NCBI GenBank assembly: GCA_030141605.1
Contig: JAQGDQ010000002.1
Coordinates: forward strand, 2,480,001 to 2,544,000
DNA length: 64,000 nucleotides
Reading direction: 5' to 3'
Origin: Tubiluchus corallicola
Taxonomy: Eukaryota; Animalia; Priapulida
Every line of letters starts with the position of its first letter. Within the stretch, counting starts at the first letter, position 1. Below, one piece after another: positions 57,951-64,000 of the stretch. The translations under genes were made by a program, and so were the position numbers. The notes under the pieces were generated by a model. That model did not search any database, was not told where the DNA came from, and saw nothing but the letters and a program-made list of their open reading frames with translations.

Positions 57951-58033
57951 ATGGGTGACTATCAGCCAAAACGCCATATCTCTGGTCGTTCTGAAGTAGC
58001 AACTCATTCAGGATTTGTGCACATAGAATATTG
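57951..58033 (+). CDS. MIEN1: MIEN1/SELENOW2-like coding exon 1 (ends ...HIEY TG|)
   Basis: GAATATTG|GTAAGG donor; upstream acceptor ttaaag|GTGGCG at 57875/57876. Confidence 0.82.
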
Positions 58034-61000
58034 GTAAGGTACAAGCTACTGTATTAGGGTACGACCATCATCATCGTCATCATCGACATAAAATACCAAG
58101 CCCGTAGTTGTTTTCTTCTATAATACAACCAAATATAATATTATTCTCTGCATTTTTTACCTCGCCATCTTCGATTATAAGCGCAAAAATAAACATTTCA
58201 ATTTTCATAGATTAATTCTGCGAATATTACATTCCAATACTGAGCAGTGGATTTTTTTATCCGACTTCTTAACGGCGTCACTCTATCTATAGTTTAAAAA
58301 CAAGAACGATTGGGTCCGCAAATGTTATTGTAACTTACATATGTCACCAAACTGATGTGCGATTTTGTAGTAGAATATTTAGAATATGGCATCATTCATT
58401 GATGTAGTAACCACTGGCCTTTTAACTGACGCTTTGTATTTTTAAATTCGGTATATAGTTTTATTAAATTTTTTGTAAATTTTCGTTTGTAGCTCTTTTA
58501 ATAGTGCCCGACATGTAGTATTTCTTAGTTTTTAGTGTCAACTTTCACTTTTATATAGCATTTTTATGTGCTGAAATAAACTCTAAATAAATAAAATAAA
58601 TAAACAGTTTACAGATTTCTAAATAGCTAATCTGTAAGTTGTTTATTCTGTTTTAAATTTTGATAACTTTAGAGCATGCATTATTCTAACTGCACGATTC
58701 ATATACAGTAGTTTTAATATCTGAAACAAAACTGGTCACTGCGTGTTTCTGACGACTGAACTCATGTAAGTGAATGGGTGGTCACCTGGAAATTGTTTTT
58801 GTCGCTTAAATTGGCTACACTGCCCCCGGTTGGAGGGGTAGGGGCGGGCAGATACGCCCATCCAAACACGACAACACATGGGTGAAATTCGCATCTGTAA
58901 GGAGCTAGATTCCGTTCCCGTCACGATCAAGCCCAAGAAATGAAAAAAACAACACAAATATGATACCACGTAGAAATTGTATAGGCTGTTTAAGTCTCGT
59001 AACTATGATGGTCTTTTTGTAATTGATTTCAATGTCTTAATGCGTAACTTTCTAAATTTACCTGAATTTTGTAATACACATTGGCAAGCCTTACCTATCT
59101 ATAATTATTGTTTTATGTATAATTAACTGGGTAATCATATAGATAATATCAGATGTATCTTATTAATATATGTATTGATAAATAGTTTTTCGGTGAAGGA
59201 AGGCCTCGTGCAAGTTTATTTATTACCCTTTGAAACTTAAAAATAGAAAAGTGTTCTCGGTCGCTTCGTGTTTTTTTATTAAAGTCATTTTATTAATGTT
59301 ACCAAGTCTATGGCATAAGCAGTGTAAACAGGCATAATGTTTAATGTCGCAACGTAATAAGCTTTGTATAACTAATGGTTGACTATGACGTGCGACAGAA
59401 TTGTCAACATCGAGAAGCTAATTATATAGGGCGCATAACAGCCGTGTTATCTATTATAGGCTCGCTGCAGGCAAACAGCAGCTTTTGCTGCCATTAGACT
59501 TGGTAATTCAAAGAAAAAAGAAGGTACATTTACAGCCATCGTTCATTGTCTGCGCCATCGTAATACCTTTTATCATTCTGTTAGAACAGATACAAATGCT
59601 GCAAATCTGCAATTACGACCCTCGTAGCTACCACATTAATAATAACAGGCACACGTTCTAAAATTTTAGTTACATTTTGCTTCAAGGAGAATCAGGATAT
59701 AGCTGCACCTCATTGTGCAGGAGAAGCCGAAAGGGAAACCAGAAGCGACATAACCGTGAGAAAAAGCATTTAATTTTGAGTAAAGACCACTTAGTTGTAA
59801 TATCCAGTAGGCCTACTACCGCCATTGTAGCTGCGAGGGTCATAAATTGACAGGGGTATGATTCACACTCGTTTCTTCAGTAACTTTGTTGAAATTTGAT
59901 TGCTTATGATTAAAATATTAAAAAATAAGTTTTTCTTTATTCGTGCTGACTTATAGTATAGTGGAGGTTGGCTGTTATTTCCTGACGGAACTGACTCACT
60001 GCATATAGTCAGAGTATACAAACTTGACTAGTAAGTTGACAAATGCAAGTTAAATGTTGTTGCTAGTTGAGACGATATCTGACAAAGTACAGTAGGCCTA
60101 AGTACAATGACTGGTAGGAATAACTATTTGCAATGATATTAATGCTAGCCTAGGACGATTAATAAGCGACTGCATCAACAATGATAGTTAAGTCAGGATA
60201 AACTGGAAATTTCGCTGTCCAAGCAATGGAGAGCAGAATCTTGGCCATCAACTATACTGTATTGCTAACAAAATTGGTTTCGGTTCTAGATATGTTTGAC
60301 AGCAACATGGCCAACTCTTCAGTGAACTTAAGATACTACTAATTGCAAAAATGCAAGATTTACAAATAGCAGGATCCTACGGAGCAAAAGGTAGGTTACT
60401 TATCTTCAAGATAACTTTTCTTGAAAATTTTCAATTCACCCAATCAATAGTCACGTCACTTGATTGAAGATGTTTTCAGAATTTCAGAATCGCTCTCAGG
60501 CTAATCGGGTAGAGCATTTGGAAAAACAATGATTGAGTTTCAAATTATTTTCCATTCGCTTGGTTTCACTGGAAGCGTTTACAAAACATTTAAGGAGTTT
60601 CAAATTATTTTCCATTCGCTTGGTTTCACTGGAAGTGTTTACGAAACATTTAAGAAACCAACACACCCAGCCATACCCCCAATGGCGGGTCGAGCGACTT
60701 AACGAGTACACTTAACTTGTACTAGAGGCAAGGTAAAAATCTCAATGGGTGAAGTTGCATCGTTTCCGTTGGAACCAATTACAAAAAGTACCAAAAAATT
60801 AGCATCCGACATTTTTCATATTATGACAATTAAGTACTGTATTCATTCTAATTGAGTGAAAATCCAAAAAGATTTTCAAAAAAAAAATGAGTTTCGACGT
60901 TTTAATCTGTAGATTTCTAGTTTGGTGCCGCTATAGAATTGGAATTTCTGTCATTCATTCATTTAACATATTTATTTTACCTGATAGCCTTCCTCAGAAA

Positions 61001-62037
61001 AACAAATATACAAAAATCAATGACAAAGACAAACTGAAATAGCATGCCCGACTATTTGCTCGGTATTTCCTTTTCCCCATGTTCTTTTTTGCCATTTCTT
61101 CTTTATTTGAAGCATCTTTTTCTTGATACTCATTTTGTGATATAATTTAATAAATTTTAGCATCAATTGTTACCGTCAACACAGCATACATTTCCTGTAC
61201 TGTGAGATAATTATGTTCAATGAATAACTGTTAAATATTTTGTACGAAACAGAGAGATGCTACATTTGTATAATACTGGAGCTGTAAACTCTTTAGAATT
61301 TTCTGTGCAACTATATGTGTACATGTTATTTGGACATTTTTTCTTCTTGCTTATATTTTAATTAATAAACAGTCTTGTCATTTTCTAGGTTCATTTGAGG
61401 TCAGCTATAATGGCGACATTATCTTCTCGAAACTGGAGACAAATACATTCCCAAATCTAGAAGAAGTAAGTGGAAGTTCTTCAAGTGTTTTCATATTATA
61501 TATTCATATTAATTAGCGTCCGAATGTTCATTTATGTATCAATAATTCTGAAATAATTCGCAATTTTTTTACAGAAAAGGCAGTTCACTAAATAATAAAA
61601 AATGGCATTACTCTCTCTGTAAGACTTACAATCATAACGTAAGATAATTCTGTAAATTTTGTGATTATCTCAAGGACAGAAGTAGCTGAACCAGTTTTCC
61701 TGGCAGTTGCCCCAATAGCCAGGCACAGCATTGCTTAATTTTGTAGCCACGTTTTTTCTAATTTGCCAGGGACAGATCATATGTTGGTACTAAAGCCACT
61801 ATGTGGTATATTGCTCTTCCAATCCAAGGAACGATAATGTTGCACAAGGTTTTCATCTTCAGCTGTAATGCAACAGAACTTTTGTTTACCTTGACATAAA
61901 TGAGTGAATTTGTATTCAGCTATAAAAATTTTGTGTATAGTGTTCTGAAATTTCAGTTAGTAGAGGAAGTGTGGAAGAGATCAAATACTGAGGAGCAGCA
62001 CATGACGAAGAAGACAAAATTCTGTACGCTATTATAG
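57951..62037 (+). CDS. MIEN1: Rdx-family selenoprotein, MIEN1/Rdx12/SELENOW2-like, with UxxU motif and C-terminal CaaX; exons 57951-58033, 60290-60390, 61389-61465, 61957-62037; 113 aa (136 aa if started at ATG 57882 reading through TGA 57942)
   Basis: Spliced protein MGDYQPKRHISGRSEVATHSGFVHIEY-U-YV-U-QQHGQLFSELKILLIAKMQDLQIAGSYGAKGSFEVSYNGDIIFSKLETNTFPNLEELVEEVWKRSNTEEQHMTKKTKFCTLL*. Rdx GxFEV...IFSKLE..FP motif; intron phases 2,1,0 at the positions I recall for MIEN1; CaaX like MIEN1 CVIL; 3'UTR SECIS. Confidence 0.88.
60290..60390 (+). CDS. MIEN1: MIEN1/SELENOW2-like coding exon 2 (|A TAT GTT TGA CAG...GAK G|)
   Basis: branch point TGCTAAC at 60263-60269, first downstream AG at 60288-60289; donor AAG|GTAGGT; in-frame TGA at 60297-60299. 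Confidence 0.85.
60535..60654. repeat. 60-bp tandem duplication (2 mismatches) in selenoprotein intron 2
   Basis: GAGTTTCAAATTATTTTCCATTCGCTTGG... twice. Confidence 0.92.
61389..61465 (+). CDS. MIEN1: MIEN1/SELENOW2-like coding exon 3 (GSFEVSYNGDIIFSKLETNTFPNLEE)
   Basis: ttttctag acceptor, GTAAGT donor, Rdx signature. Confidence 0.92.
61957..62037 (+). CDS. MIEN1: MIEN1/SELENOW2-like last coding exon ending CTLL* (CaaX)
   Basis: aaatttcag acceptor; LVEEVWKRSN...KFCTLL TAG. Confidence 0.88.
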   Translation, partial: LVEEVWKRSNTEEQHMTKKTKFCTLL

Positions 62038-62110
62038 ATACATGCTTTTAGAGCCTATATCATCCAGTATAGCATAGTCAGAAGTTAATTGACATGCTAC
62101 TGTTTTGTAG

Positions 62111-62202
62111 TTTGCACATGTCACTAACGCCTATGATGCCACCTGCTGAAATGACTTCCCCGTCAAAGCATGTGTCTGATATTCCTAGTGACATTGTGTA
62201 AA
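62111..62202 (+). promoter_or_regulatory. eukaryotic type-II SECIS element in the 3'UTR
   Basis: helix I TTTGCACA/TGTGTAAA and TGTCACTA/TAGTGACA; core ATGAT (62133-62137) / TGAT (62177-62180); helix II GCCACCTGCT/AGCATGTGTC (8/10 pairs); AAA at 62149-62151, 11 nt after the core; apical mini-stem TGAC/GTCA. Confidence 0.9.
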
Positions 62203-62433
62203 TTGTTTATAGAATAGGTTATTGCTTTACATGCTAGAAAAGAGCATGTACGTCAATTTAAGAAAAACTGTATGTTTCAAGTTTTTAACATTTATTTAGT
62301 GAATTGCTGGATCAGTAGGTTAAGCAAACTAACGGCTTATTTAGTAAACCACCTAGACCCACACTGCACTCTTAATCACAATTAATCGCATTATAGATCA
62401 CATCTAATTGTACATAATGTAATACTCAGTATA

Positions 62434-62439
62434 AATAAA
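62434..62439 (+). terminator. candidate polyadenylation signal of the selenoprotein gene
   Basis: first AATAAA downstream of the SECIS, followed by T-rich sequence. Confidence 0.55.
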
Positions 62440-64000
62440 AAGCCTAAAGCAATTCAGATTTTTTCAACGTTTATTTTGCTTTCTCAAGTCTGTATACAGA
62501 CAATAGTACCAACATTAGTCATAAAAGGCCAAACATGTTCACAAAAATATTTATAATTTAGATGACTCAACTGGTTACTTGGCTGGAAAACAAAGCAACA
62601 TGCAATAAAACAATGAAACTCCTGTAAGCCATCATACGAGAATGACAAACACATTTTAAATCCGACACATATAAGTAAAGTCAGGATGCACACGTATCAA
62701 ACACTGATTTTTGGATATTTCAAAAAAATGTTGGTTACGTAATTATGCACATATGGGATACACATCTCAGACGGTGGTATTAATGTAAGATGGTAAAACT
62801 TTTGTAGAAAGGACAAAAAATGTAGCAGAAGTAGTACATGCAAAAGTTAAACAGGCAACTTTAAATTCCAGCTATGGATTCTATGTAATTTATGCTTAAA
62901 TAATCAAAACAGTTACACACAAAATCTGTCAAAAGGAAAAAGCAAAGGGATTCAAGAAGACAATGATTAAATGGCAGAATTATCATCTGGTACTAAAAAA
63001 GAGGCATATGTTGAGAGAAACACAAACTGAACTGCAAATATAGGATATGCCCATGAGAAGCTGCAAAACAATTTTAGGTAAGAAGGCACCACCGTATCTT
63101 CTAGGAATGTACTGAAACACAGTTTATCACTGATGCGGTGGGTGCACTTCGAAAATGCATCTGGGGACGGAAGAGAATTAAGAGATTAACAATGCACATC
63201 GTTAGATCATATGCACATCCAAAACATACATCAGCCATCAGCAGGGAAACTTAGAAATAAAACATGTAACCACGAGTATTAACAACATCTTAAATGTTTT
63301 CTTCTACAAATAAAATCTCAAAATGGATTACTTGGGGGAAATGGGCAGCTTAATGAATTTTTCAACAAAGAAATTAATTCCATTCAAATCCGCTGGCACA
63401 AAATTAGTTTAAGGCCATTTCAAAAGTGCAATGCAGTGGCAAACAAATATTTTCCCCATCAGAATTTCAAAAGGTTTGTCGTACTACCCCATTCCTTAAC
63501 AGGAGCTTCTGTTAAATATATACAGTTTTTAGGTATATGTATATAAACCTGACAACCATTTTGACGCACAGTACTCTCTGAAATTACACACTTCACTAAC
63601 CTAAATAACTGCGACTCATTCTGCTTGCACTGCTTGTCTTCAAAAACAATATCTATAGAGTAAAACGTCATAAAATAAACTATATTATACTTGCTAGAAA
63701 TGCGTGCGCCATCAGCATAACATAGCCTAGCCCTTTCTTCTTACAAATTTTGAAAGTTATGATGATACACATAACACTGCTACTGTTACAGACTCATACG
63801 GTTATCTTACGTCACACACACTACAGGTAGCCATCGAATACGCAACGCAAAAATACTCAAACGCATCAATTTTAACGCCAAAAAGTCCAGATCAACACAA
63901 AAGTTAATGCTTCTAAGCACAAGCAAATACCAAACATGTAACAGTCCAAGTACGATACAGCAAATCCAAAAAACACTACGTTAATAGGCTAAATATAAAC

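Noticed and set aside
61941-61991. Alternative acceptor gtgtatag| for the last selenoprotein exon
   Set aside because: Gives an unrelated frame with no CaaX; the 61957 acceptor restores MIEN1-like L/V-E-x-V/I and CTLL
57951-62037. Reading the in-frame TGAs as pseudogene lesions
   Set aside because: Both TGAs fall exactly on the redox-motif Cys positions; there are no TAA/TAG or frameshifts; splice sites, CaaX and a canonical SECIS are intact

Overview
AT-rich, intron-rich eukaryotic DNA from an invertebrate animal; most ORF-track entries are noise and the real genes had to be built by hand from GT-AG splice sites. (1) Minus strand, 304-17207: 17 coding exons (865 codons) of a DAAM formin (GBD/FH3, coiled coil, FH1, FH2) that runs off the left edge. 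It has candidate alternative first coding exons at 20142-20226 and 24636-24765. (2) A 2-exon flavin-containing monooxygenase (451 aa, + strand) lies antisense inside one DAAM intron. (3) About 25-47 kb is non-coding, with Kolobok-type MITEs, a CR1/L2-like LINE 3' remnant and microsatellites. (4) A 4-exon, 611-aa coiled-coil/low-complexity gene I cannot assign lies on the minus strand at 47491-50861. (5) The highlight is absent from the ORF track: a 4-exon + strand Rdx-family gene (MIEN1/Rdx12/SELENOW2-like, 57951-62037). Its redox motif reads U-Y-V-U from two in-frame TGA codons, the first split by an intron (TG|A). It ends in a CaaX box (CTLL) and has a canonical type-II SECIS in the 3'UTR (62111-62202). 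A third in-frame TGA lies in an upstream in-frame extension. This predicts a prenylated, double- (possibly triple-) selenocysteine Rdx protein with a putative diselenide active site.
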